Below, piece after piece: positions 22,936 to 34,149 of a stretch of 64,000 bases of DNA (position 1 is the first letter of the stretch; every line of letters starts with the position of its first letter). Position numbers and translations under genes: made by a program. Source of the DNA: Nitrosopumilus sp. Lineage in GTDB: Archaea > Thermoproteota > Nitrososphaeria > Nitrososphaerales > Nitrosopumilaceae. The stretch lies in NCBI GenBank assembly GCA_965218695.1, contig OZ244651.1, forward strand, positions 1,600,001 through 1,664,000, read 5' to 3'. The notes under the pieces were generated by a model. It had not been told where the DNA came from. It did no database searches and saw nothing but the letters and a program-made list of their open reading frames with translations.

Positions 22936-23342
22936 ATTCAACAGGCTATACTCGCCCGCACGTGAAAAAGGAGGCATCCGCAAGCACGTCGGATCCGTTT
23001 TTCTGGCATGTCGCGTCGGCCACGCCCCGGCAGGCGTTTGACACGCTGTGAATTTTAATGGAATGCAAAAAACGAGTGCATGCCATGCCGGGGCCGCGCG
23101 TTCCGCGGGCCGGCATTCGCGCGTGCCTTGCATGCTGCCAAGGCAAACCAGTTTATAGTCAGAGCCGCCCAACCGAGACATCATGGCCGCCTGTAACCCC
23201 TTCCGATTCGATGCTTTCCGGGCCCTGGCCCGCTTTGAGGCAGCCTATGGGTAGCTTGCAGCGTCCTGACGGTTGCGGCCGCGGCGGCGTCCTGCGTGGG
23301 GATCCCGCCCCCTCCCCGCGGCGCGAAGGCGGGGGAAGCGTC

Positions 23343-24128
23343 TTGAGCAAAGCCGTGATCCGGCAGAGGACGGACAGCCACTTCTCAAGGATCGCCCCGA
23401 GGTACGGGGACCTGCGGACGACAGACTCTGATCACATCCTGCACATAAGGGACCGGCTGCCCAAAAAGTCCCGGATCGTGATGGCAGACGTAGGCTGCGG
23501 CGACGGGCGGTACTCGGCGGATCTTCTGAGGTGCCTGGGGGACGGCTGCTACCTTCACTGCATCGACTTCAACGAGAGCATGATCAGGCACCTGAGGGCC
23601 CGCCTGGCGGGCCACGGCATCCTTAACTTCTGCGCCGCGCCGGGGGATGCCGGCAAGCTGCCTCTGGAAAACGACACCATGGACTGCATCGTGACGTTCA
23701 ACGCCATCCACCACTTTGACGTCCAAAGGTTTTTGGCGGAGGTCTACGGGTGCCTCAAGGACGACGGCCGCGCGTTCATCTACACGCGGCTGCGGAGCCA
23801 GAACTCGAGGAACATCTGGGGACGGCACTTCCCGCTGTTTGCCGAGACCGAGGATCGTCTGTACGAGCTCGACGAGCTGCGGCACGCCGTCAGGAAGGCG
23901 GACATGAGGATCACCCGTGCCGACGTGTTTGGACACGACAGGGCGTCCAGCTTGGCGGACCTCGTAAGCAGGGCAGAAAGCAGCCACTATTCCACGTTCG
24001 ACCTGTACGGCAGATCCGAGTTCAGAGAGTCACTGGCCGCGTTCAGGCAGAACCTTGCCGACAACTTTGACGACCTGGACGACATCCGGTGGCGGGACGA
24101 GAACATCCTCATCGAGATCAGCAAGTAG
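23343..24128 (+). CDS. class I SAM-dependent methyltransferase
   Basis: DVGCGDG, ID...SM, GDAGKLP, NAIHHF, LKDDGR. Confidence 0.88.
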   Translation: MSKAVIRQRTDSHFSRIAPRYGDLRTTDSDHILHIRDRLPKKSRIVMADVGCGDGRYSADLLRCLGDGCYLHCIDFNESMIRHLRARLAGHGILNFCAAPGDAGKLPLENDTMDCIVTFNAIHHFDVQRFLAEVYGCLKDDGRAFIYTRLRSQNSRNIWGRHFPLFAETEDRLYELDELRHAVRKADMRITRADVFGHDRASSLADLVSRAESSHYSTFDLYGRSEFRESLAAFRQNLADNFDDLDDIRWRDENILIEISK

Positions 24129-24399
24129 CGCCGCGGCCGGCCGCTGCGTCGGGGGACGGGTCAGGCACGACCGCGTACCGCCTGCAGGCGGTGCCGCCCG
24201 GCTGCAGGACCTGCCACGTAAGGGGGGGAGACGCTCCTTGTTCCGTTCCCGGTACGCCTGACCCTGCGGAAGGGGGATTCCGTCCCGCGCGGGCGCTGAC
24301 GGAACCGCGACTCGGGCGGTGCCCGGATACCGAGATGGGGCCCGACGGACGGCCGCTTGGAGGGCTAGAAAGAAATACCCTCGGGCCGCATGCACGCCA

Positions 24400-24828
24400 T
24401 TGGCAGACATCTTCACCCCCGAGAAGAGGTCGTGGGTGATGTCCCGGATCAGGGGGACCAACACGGAGATAGACCTCCGGATGAGGCAGCTTCTCGCGGA
24501 GGAAAGGTACCGGTTCGAGATGTATCCCAAGATGTACGCAAACCCGGACTTTGTGCTGAGGCGGAGGAGGATAGCGATCTTCTGCGACGGCGACTTCTGG
24601 CACGGCTACAGGTACCGCGAGAAGAGGAGGCTCCGCAAGAAGTTCTGGAGGGACAAGATAGAGGCAAACATGAGGCGCGACCTGAGGTACTCGAGGGAGC
24701 TGCGGCGCAGGGGATGGTCGGCGCTCAGGTTCTGGGAGCACGACATCGATGGGGATCCTGACAAGTGCGCCAGAAGGATAAGGCGAAAGTTCAGGGAGAG
24801 GGGACGGCCTAGACCCGGTCCCGCCTGA
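24400..24828 (+). CDS. vsr: very short patch repair endonuclease
   Basis: D.FTPEKRS.VMSRIR..NT, PDFV, IFCDGDFWHG, FW.DKI..N.RRD, GW..LRFWEH. Confidence 0.93.
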   Translation: MADIFTPEKRSWVMSRIRGTNTEIDLRMRQLLAEERYRFEMYPKMYANPDFVLRRRRIAIFCDGDFWHGYRYREKRRLRKKFWRDKIEANMRRDLRYSRELRRRGWSALRFWEHDIDGDPDKCARRIRRKFRERGRPRPGPA

Positions 24829-24915
24829 AGCAGTGCAGCAGGTGGTCGTTTGCCATCCCCACCGTCTGCATGAACGCGTAGCATACGGTGGGACCTACGA
24901 ACGTGAACCCGCGCC
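24809..24915 (-). pseudogene. tag: C-terminal remnant of DNA-3-methyladenine glycosylase I
   Basis: RGFTFVGPTVCYAFMQTVGMANDHLLHCF signature. Confidence 0.8.
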
Positions 24916-25081
24916 CCCCGGTCGGCCTCCACCCGTAGGCTGGGTTCTGGGACCTTTGGACCGCGGCCTCGTCCTCGGCAAAGACGGTCATGCCGTCCGC
25001 GCGCCTCTGGGCCGCGCGCTCCCCGACCTCCCTTTTGAACTCCTCCTGCCTCTCTTTGGAGACTGACCTGTACGGGACGTA
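24916..25081 (-). mobile_element. internal IS630 transposase fragment fused to the tag remnant
   Basis: VPYRSVSKERQEEFK...VFAEDEA...YGWRP. Confidence 0.7.
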
Positions 25082-26363
25082 TACCAAGGAAAATAAGTCT
25101 GTGAACGAAAATCAAATTTATTGCAAAATTCCATTCAAATTGCGCTCATGATGGGGGCAGATATTTTGCACGTTCAGACGTGCAGAAGAATCAGACCATC
25201 TCGTCAGACGGATGTGCGCAGAATCCCCTGCGTGGAAAGCCGGCTCCCGGCTTATGCCTTCCTGTAAAGGTATTTTTCGATGTCCAGGTTCGGCACGGAT
25301 GACCTCAGCCAGTTGTCAACGTCGTGGCACATGTTGCCAAACGTGACGTATCTGGCATCCAGCACGGCATGCTTCATCTGCCGCCAGACCTCCTCGATTG
25401 CGCTCAGGTCCGGACAGCCGGGTGGCAGAAACGCCAGCTCCAGGCCGTCCAGGCTTGCGAGTTCCGCCTTGACGTCGTTTGCCCTGTGCTGCGGCGCCCC
25501 GTCAAGAATCATCAGGATCTTGCCGAATTTCTCATGCGTCCTCTTCAGAAAGTCCACAAACTCTTCCTTGCGGAACCTGTCATACCTCACAAAGAAGTAC
25601 TTCCCGTCAGAGGTGATCAGCCCGAACACGACGGTCCTGGAGTGCGTCCCGGTGTACGTGTAGGCTGCCCGTACGCCCCTTGGGGTGTAGACGCCCTTTC
25701 GAGGCCTGGCATCGGCAGTCACGATTGACTCGTCCTGAACGCATATCGTGTAGCCCTCGCGCCTCTTGGATCCTATCAGTCCCCTGAGCTTCTTTCTGAA
25801 CCAGGCGATCTTTTGGCGGCTTGCCCTCCTGACATGCCTTCCCACCGGGACCTTTCTGGTGAATCCCCACGACCGCAGTATCTTGCGGGCGTATTGCAGC
25901 GAATATTCTGTCAGGTACTCTATCCCGGACATGTTTCGTATGAGATCCAGCATGTCCGTGGCCACCACGTAGATTATCTTTTTGGTCTTTTTTTTACCTC
26001 TTTCAGGGTATCCTTCGATACCCGTGGCGGCCTTCCGGACCTGCTGCGCGTCTGCATCCCGTCCACGCCCTCCTTTACGTAACGCCGTCGCCACTTGACG
26101 CCCCATGACGGGACCATTCCCAGATGGCGTGAAGCCTCAGATATGGACATCTTGTCCCGAATGACGAGCACGTTCAGCATTATCCTGTCCCTGACGAAGG
26201 GATCCCTTTCCGTTTTGCGAATTGCAAGCAGCTTCTTTGGTTTCATGGGTGTTGTAGGATGGTCGGATCCAAATAGTTTTCCTGCGTCATGACAGGTTAG
26301 GCGCGTTCTGCAAAATTATTTGCAATTCCTGATGGAACGATCTCGGACTTTGTTTCCGTGGTA
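25082..26363 (-). mobile_element. IS630-family element; transposase 25252-26246 split by a -1 shift at an A8 run
   Basis: IRs TACCA(A/C)GGAAA..AAGTC with TA flanks; QDES, LDGA, LSAIEEVW. Confidence 0.9.
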
Positions 26364-26618
26364 TATGCCGAACGATTCAATCTCTCCGCCTCCAAAGATT
26401 GGAAGCGGGGAATCTTCCTACTCGTGACATCGTCCTTCAGGGTGTGGTTTCTTAGCAAAGGCAGGAAAAACGAACAGTTGTACATACTCAGATCCCGGTA
26501 TTGTCTAGGCGTAAACATGTACTGTTTTACGTATATTCACGCCTGAGTTTGAGGGGGACCTGAGTCCATACGAACAGTTCACTGTTAGACTAAAATATTG
26601 ATCCTGCGGTGCTACTTT

Positions 26619-26987
26619 GTGCTAATAATTGATTGTACGGACGTACTGTCCATTAGAAACGATCTGCTAGTATATGTCTCCGATCAGGTCGCTGCCATTC
26701 CAACCCTAAAGCACAACCAGTTCACGCTGTCTGCGTTTGACGATGAGAAGGATATAGATCTCAGCACCGTAGTTACGGCAATCAGGGAATTTCTGGATTC
26801 GATCGGTGAAGGCCGCAATTTTGCCGTAATTCCAGATGACGGAACGATACGCATCAAGTCCGTATATGGCAAGACCATCGAGCATGAGAATGCCCCCACC
26901 CAAGAGATGTTTTCGTGCACCCATTGCGGATTCATTACAAGGTACCAGATGGAGCTGAACATCCATATGAGAATCCACTATCTTTAG
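26619..26987 (+). CDS. conserved thaumarchaeal protein with C-terminal C2H2 zinc finger
   Basis: FSCTHCGF......LNIHMRIHY. Confidence 0.8.
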   Translation: MLIIDCTDVLSIRNDLLVYVSDQVAAIPTLKHNQFTLSAFDDEKDIDLSTVVTAIREFLDSIGEGRNFAVIPDDGTIRIKSVYGKTIEHENAPTQEMFSCTHCGFITRYQMELNIHMRIHYL

Positions 26988-27163
26988 GCCCATCTGTGTT
27001 CATGGCAGAATCATGCCGTATTCCTAGCGCATGCACCTGCTGTGTCCGGTATCCCGGCATGGCTGCGCATGACAGTGTCTGATCTTTCATGCATGTTTTG
27101 ATGTGTCCGGCGACCCCGTACCGCGTGCAAGATCTTTATAAACATTGGATATGAAAGGCAGTC

Positions 27164-27346
27164 ATGGAAGAGCCTGCCAAAAACAACCCCACAAAGGTTT
27201 ACTGTTCCAGATGCGACATGATTTTCGAGTCCAGAAAAAAATTCCAGAGTCATCTTGACAGGCATTTATCCGATCCCGGTTGCGAGCAGTGTCCCATTGA
27301 CACTGTCATTGCCAAGCTTGTAGGGCTCTTTAGATCAAGAGCATAA
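27164..27346 (+). CDS. small zinc-finger protein
   Basis: CSRC..F..R..F..H...H followed by CEQCP. Confidence 0.75.
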   Translation: MEEPAKNNPTKVYCSRCDMIFESRKKFQSHLDRHLSDPGCEQCPIDTVIAKLVGLFRSRA

Positions 27347-30058
27347 TCCTGGAAAAGCATCATTATTGTGGGAGGCATTTCAATTTTAAGTCCATTTAAA
27401 ATTTTTCTGGCCATTCTTACAATCCACATCATTTCGATTGCATCCCACGGCGCTTTTGCGTCAGGGGGCACTCCTCCCCCGGGACACGCATGGATGGAAA
27501 TATCCGAACCTCCGATGCTGGGCCAAGAGTTTGATCTTACCATTTTTCTCGCGCCCCGTAATTATGATGACAGCTGGGCAAATGCCTCTGATGAAAAGAA
27601 ATGGTCAACAGAATTTACAATCATCCTGCCAGAAAGCTTTGAAATCATCGATGATGGTTTTTCTGATGGTGGGCGTTACTATCAGAAGGTTCCCGATGGC
27701 TATCGTGTCTTGTCTGCAGTCAGAGATGTTGGATTTCCTCCCCAAACAACGGTAAAAATCAAACCGACAGAACCGGGCATTTGGCAAATTATTGCTACCG
27801 GCGGCGCATTCACACACGGAACAATATTTGTGACGCTGACTGAAAGCTATTCGTATGTCTCTGATAAATCAAACAATGTCGTGCAAAGAGACGCGTGCGG
27901 CAAAGATTGGGATGGCTGGTATGACCGCATAGCCATGTTTGATGTCGAATCAGACTCGATAATAAGAAATGTAAAAAACGATTTCATGATGGAGGAGTTT
28001 TCTAAAAACTGGAAAATAACCACAAATCCCGCCACCGGTCTTGTCTACGTCTACGAGTATTACACAACAACAATCCCAATCATACATGAAAATTCCGGTG
28101 AAACAAAAGACAATTTGGAACTAAATAGCCAAACATCTGATCATGCCAGAATATCTGACATCGCCATAAATTCTGAAACAAATCTGATCTATATGGCAAA
28201 CAACGGAAGGATAGATTGGAAGAATCATGACAGAATCATGGTGTTTGATGGAGAAACCCATTCGGTTATTTCAACAATAGAATACCATGACAGATCGGAG
28301 GGGAGCGAGTCCACCCAATCAATTGCCGTAAATCCCGAGACCAACACCTTGTATGTTGCGACAGGTAGGGATAATTTGTATATAATTGATCTTGATACGG
28401 AGCGGGTAATTACAAAACTTCATTTGGGAACCGACAGAGACTCTGGAAGTTATGACGTTGAAGTTAATTCGGCAACTAACAAAATCTACGTATTGAATAG
28501 TGCCGAAGGTGCGTTGTATGTAATAGACGGACACAAAAATTCCGTTGAAGAGATCATATCCGCTGATAGCTGGCCAAATAAAATCCTGGTCAACGAGCAA
28601 GACAATGAGATCTATCTCCTAAACTCCTCTACAGGGAAGTTGTTGGTGATTGATGGAATTGATCACAGAATCATCACAATAAACCTGCACCGGCCCGGGC
28701 ACGATATGGATTTTGATTACGTGCATGACAAATTGTACGTTACAAACAGGGATGGGCCATTAACCGTAATCGATACCAACACATTTGACTTTGATATACT
28801 GGACGACTGCGTCTTTGTCTCCAGCATCTCTATAAACCCCAAAACCGGAATTCTGTCTGCAATCGATAAAAAACAATACACTGTTGTAAACGTAGTAGAA
28901 TCTGTAAAACCCAACCAAAATGATCGGATGTGGATTGATAATTCAGAATATCCAAGAACAGAGTATCTGTCCGGCGAACCCATATCTTTCAAACTGTCCA
29001 ATATGGGTAATGCCGACATTGAAATCGACTCGGTAAAGATACAAAACACCAATACCGGCAATGTGTCCGTTACATTTACGGAATTACAGGCAATCGAGCA
29101 AAATGACTTCATTGAGATCATGTGGGACCAGACTGATTCCAGCGGAAAGCAGGTCCTGCCTGATCGTTATGCCGTGATCCTGAAAGGCCACGATGGGGAA
29201 AACGCCATTCATGAAGCACACAAGCTATTCTCAGTCATAGACGAGGACAGATTGAGCCATCTCAAATCGTTGCACAATGACATGTTTTCACATATAAAAT
29301 TAAATGACAGTAATTCTGAAAAGGCTGCCATGCCGCCTGCATCAGATGGCTCAGCGCCCGCAAACACTGCTGCTGATTCGACATCCCAGCAGTCGCACCC
29401 TGGTGTTTTTTCAGATGGCATTATGTGCAAGAACAATCCTGTGCTTGTAACCCTGAATCATGAAAGATTTGCATGTGTCAAATACACCACGTCTGAAAAA
29501 CTCGTCTTGCGCGGTTGGGAAGTGGTTTCCACAAAACCTGATGCGGATGATCCTGGCAATGCCTCGGCGGATATCCCGGCGCCACCGCGCGACATCATGC
29601 TGGATTTTCCTTTATCCAGCGAATTCATAGATAACGGCATTGCAAGATTCAATGTGGAATTCTCTCAAAAACCTGTTTTAAATGAGGAATTTGACATTAC
29701 CATAACGTTTGAACTTTTAGACGATGAGTTCTCTGCCAAAAAATCCGGCAAGACGATCCCGTTCACCCTCACATTAGGTGAGGGGATAAAATACGTGGGT
29801 GGAGACATGAAGGAAATCGAAAGAAAGTACAGTCTTGTTACTGAACAATACAACACAATGTACATGGCAGAAAACCCGGCCACAATTCCGAATACCCATG
29901 AATCCACATCCACCCTGAAATTCTTACAGTCCGGAGAACGCTATTTTGGAGTACATGTCTCGGGCCAGTTTGACGCATTTTGGTTTTTTGTAGGCGGTGA
30001 CGGAACGGTGCATATGAAAGAAGACGTCACTTATGATTACCGGGCGCTGAGCCACCTA

Positions 30059-31160
30059 TAGTGGCGATCAAAAGTTCTTGCAAAATAATTCGGCTTTTCT
30101 GTTAAAGAATTTGATCAAATCCAGATTGAATCTCGCAGTTCGATAGTACTGGGAGACGGCACTGTGCATGTCCAAGAAGGTTTTGTAGTATTCTGAAACA
30201 AGCAGGTTCCGTTTTCCCTGGTGCCAGCATTCTTCCACGGCGTTGAGATACGGTGAGCCTTTTGGCAGGTATATGATCCTGATGTTCTTGTTCTCGCGCA
30301 GCAGCGTCCGGACGGCTTTTGCGCGGTGCGGGGACGCCCTGTCCACCAGGACGGCAACCTTCCCAAAATGCCTCTGCATGGCCTTGAGATAAGCAACAAA
30401 AGTGGGCGCGTTAAACCCGCTGGCAGTCCTGAAGAACTGCCTGCCATCCATTGTAATTGAACCGTACGCGGTAATTCTTTTGTGGCTTCCAGTGTATGGC
30501 ACGGTTATTGGCACCCCCACGGGGGACCAATACTTGCGGCCAGATTTTACGTCGTGTATGAAGAACGCCTCGTCTTGCACGGCCAGGACAAAACCGTCTT
30601 TTTCTAGGCGTGAAATTCTCTTTTTGAGGCGATATTGCCAGCTTTTTACGGCTGCCTTGGTGGCCCTGTTGATGTGGATCCTTTGCGACCCCTTGGGGGA
30701 CAGACCGTATTTTTGCATGATTTTCCTGATGTTCGTCCTGTGCATCTTTGTTCCCGTCTCCCTGTGTATGACCTGTTGCAGTTCGGCAGGAGTGGTCTTG
30801 AACCGGTCTACCTTGTCCAGTATGCCGTCCATTGCTTCAGGTGAAATCTTGGGCGGCCTGCCGGATCTGGGAAGATCCCGGAGGCCTTGTAGACCTCCAT
30901 TCTCGAAGCGTTCCAGCCAGTTGCGTACCCACCTGGGACATCGCAGAAGATTGACGGCCGCATCATCTATGCTCATTTTACGAAAATGTACCATGTGTAC
31001 TGCAAGCATTCTGGCTCCCACCCTGAGGTCCTTTTCTTTTTTGTATGCTACTTCGAGTTCTTCCCGTGTTACTTTGATCATGCCGCGTTAGGCGACCGGC
31101 TGATCTACATAGTTTTCGGTCTGAGGTGCTGAACTTGGAACGAACTTTCACTTTTCACTA
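30059..31160 (-). mobile_element. IS630-family element (relative of 8741-9835), transposase 30068-31081
   Basis: TAGTG ends with TA duplication; DDE motifs; near-identical 3' portion to the first copy. Confidence 0.93.
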
Positions 31161-32419
31161 TAGTACAAATACTGGCTACTGGCAACCCTGAATCAATTGA
31201 CAGTGAATTAGAAAGCATCTTTGGCAGTGACGCAAGACGAGTTTTGGAGGAACATTATGAGTATTTTGAATACCAAAGACCGATTGCACCCGTGGACATA
31301 TCTGCAACTAAGATACAACTGCGGGACATAGTATGTCCAAACGACATATTTTACAAGTTTACTCAGAACGATTCTGTGCTGAGAGACGGCATACATTGCG
31401 GCTCAGAGTCCTCATTGGAGTATTATTCCGAAATACCGCTTGACGTCTATGATCGTAATGAGGCAATGAAGATACTTACAATCAACACGGATTCTGCCAC
31501 CATGTCTGAAAAAAACATACTTGTTGATACCCGAGACAATACGCCGGCACGTGATGAATGGGGTAGATCACGGCAGCCAAACAAAGCAGTATTGCCCCCT
31601 CCTTACTATTATCTCGGGGAACCGTGTTCCAACAATGCATTGTATGCCACCTTTGAAATTCCAGAACAAGTAAGGGTGGGAGATGCATTTGATGCGGTGC
31701 TTACGTATAACTGGAAGATACCAAACCCGAATTGGGGTGTGATGTCAGAGGATGATAGAAAAACCATGCAAAGTCTGCGAGATGAGTATATCCCACTGGC
31801 AGAAACAGAGGAAATGGCAGGCAACAACCATACAACTTTCACTGAGCAAGAATTAGACGATCTTGACGATCAGTTGGACGCAATGCTTGAACAGATGGAG
31901 GAAATTCTGGATAAATATGGGCTAGACGGCCATGATTTCAACATATATGGATACCAGATAGCAGAATATTATCCGGAATGCAAGGAGCCCACTCTGAGTA
32001 TTGCATTTTCCGAAGAATTGGAAATACTTTCAGCCGGATTTGAAATATCTGGCAGCCAGGACGTACGCAAGATTGTAAAATATCGGGGAGAAAAAACACT
32101 ATCCTTTAGTAATGATCAGCCCCAAACATCCATCGTTACGCTGATTGCAAACGAGCCCACATTCCATCTGGTCAGCTCATTAAACATTAACACCGCCGGC
32201 CATGAGGAAAATTTTATTTTTAGTGTTAATGATGACACGGTTACCTTCGCTCGCGGCTATCCTGATTATTTGGAGCGACTAAGTTTCACGCCTCAAATTG
32301 ATAAGTTTGGAAATAAAATACCAAGCCACGAACGGGGTGGTGGGGGATATTCCATAGACAGCGTATTGTTTGAGTATTCCAAACTGCATAATCTGGGTGC
32401 TAATGAGACAAGACAGATA

Positions 32420-33711
32420 CAGTCTTCCCAGAAGTAGCTCAGGGTAGCACCGGCGGCGGGGGCTCCGGCGGCTCTTTGTAGCCAAATACGATCAGCAACA
32501 GCAGCATGTCCCTGAGATCCTGTTGGGTGATCGGGGGATCCGTGGGATAAATCCCGGTAACGTGCATCAGCGTTGCGTTTGCCATTACCCAAGCGTTAAA
32601 GACGGCTACAGAGTACACAAAGCACAAAAGTCGCGCCATCGGGTTCTTGCTGTGCGTCTTGGCCCTTGTGTTTTCTATCATCCGGTATCCAGTCTCTATG
32701 CCCCACCTGTTCCCGTACGAGTCCGGATCCACGTCGGGGACGTTGGTGGCAAACCCGATGTATTTCTCGTGCGGCAGCAGCTCGTCGTCGTCCTTTCTTT
32801 TCTTCCTCTTCTTCCTTTCTGTGATGGTCATCGTATACGACACCTCCCTGCCATCTCCCCCGACGATGACGGATTTGGAGACGCGGCCGCGCCTGCCTGT
32901 AGCAAACTCTGCGATGGCATCCACCACAGTATCCGTATTCTTGCATGGTATCAGATATTTGATGCCCATGTCCCCAAGCGTCCCCATTACGTCTGCCGTA
33001 AAGAACTCCCTGTCCAGCATCGCCATTCCGATGCAGGCCCCCACGTCCCGTGCAGAGCCGATGATTTTACGCACGAAATCGGCAGTATCCTCAAGTGACG
33101 GCATGTTCAGGACGCCTAACACGAGGCGAAGGTTCTGAACCGTGGACTGTATCGTGATGTACCTCTCAAAGACGTGTGTCCCGTCCTTGGCCTTTGAGCG
33201 CACCAGTTCTGCCCCGTAGCTCTTGTCGTATCTGGGTATCAGGTGCATGTCGATTGCCAAGTCAATCTCCTGGTCTTTCTTGAGCAGTCTCATCTTGCGC
33301 ATCTGGTCAAGCTGCAGGACGACTGTCTTGGCAAAGCATTTGTAGACGTCGCTGCCACGCGTCCGGGATGCCGCATCGCGCATCCACTCATCACTTGGGC
33401 GTGAGTCCCCGTCTGCACCGCCGATTCTCTTGGAGGACCTGGTGCATCCGGCCACCTGCCTGCCGTGCGCACATGCGCCTGCCATGCTTCTGTGAAAATC
33501 CTCGGTGCCGTAGATGGCATTGTGCCTGTGTGAGACCATGATGCACGGGGACATGCCTGCCCCTACCGTGTCCAGAACATCTTGATATATGCGTGGGTTG
33601 TTAAGCAAGTCGCGTCTCAGTTGGTTCATTGGTAGTTCGATGACCTTCTGAGATTGCCCTAATTGATCTGTTTTGATTTTGGGCTGTTTTCAGGTACTTC
33701 TGGGAAGACTG
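32420..33711 (-). mobile_element. ISH3-family element, copy 2 (same protein as copy 1)
   Basis: Same IR and 1292-bp length; 5-bp TSD AGATA. Confidence 0.95.
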
Positions 33712-33819
33712 AGATACAACTTGAATTTATAAAACACCAAGTACTAAACCCTGATCATGATTTTACCACATTTTACAAAATTTTTTCTGACACGGACATT
33801 TCAGATGAGATAGACTATG

Positions 33820-34149
33820 GTAAGTGTTCACGTCGTGCCTAATTCAGTTCACTCTTGGGTAAATTTTGTGCAAACCACAGATCCAAATAGGATGGTAATC
33901 CAAACCCGATGTGAAAAGCCAGGCTGAACTCAAAAAGATGTACACGGATCTCAAGACTGAGAACATCAAGCTCAAGCAGACGATTGAGATGCAAGGGCAG
34001 ATAATTGAGGAATTGAATCTGGCAGTTGCTGATCTTAAGCGCAGGCTGGTGCGGCATGACAATTACAACACCCCGTCATCACAAAAAAGGGGGCCCGGAT
34101 GGCCTGACACAAAGGGAAAAGGCGACGAAAAGAATGCCTACAATAAATC
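33820..34149 (+). mobile_element. 330-bp tandem duplicate of the IS66 left end
   Basis: Same sequence as 34150-34479. Confidence 0.9.

Larger units (their letters stand above)
21550..22945 (-). mobile_element. IS110-family element flanked by a 4-bp core (ATAG on minus strand)
   Basis: CTAT at 21546-21549 and 22946-22949; no terminal IRs; DEDD transposase inside; structured 5' non-coding end. Confidence 0.85.
27368..33819 (+). pseudogene. large secreted/surface protein with YVTN/YncE beta-propeller, broken by IS630, ISH3 and IS66
   Basis: Signal peptide and NP.TN.LYV repeats; segments 27368-30058, 31163-32419 and 33717-33819 rejoin in frame. Confidence 0.85.

Noticed and set aside
26545-26571. 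GGGGGACCTGAGT..ATAC resembling the IS66 end at about 51400-51419
   Set aside because: Too short, with no linked transposase; at most an orphan IS end.
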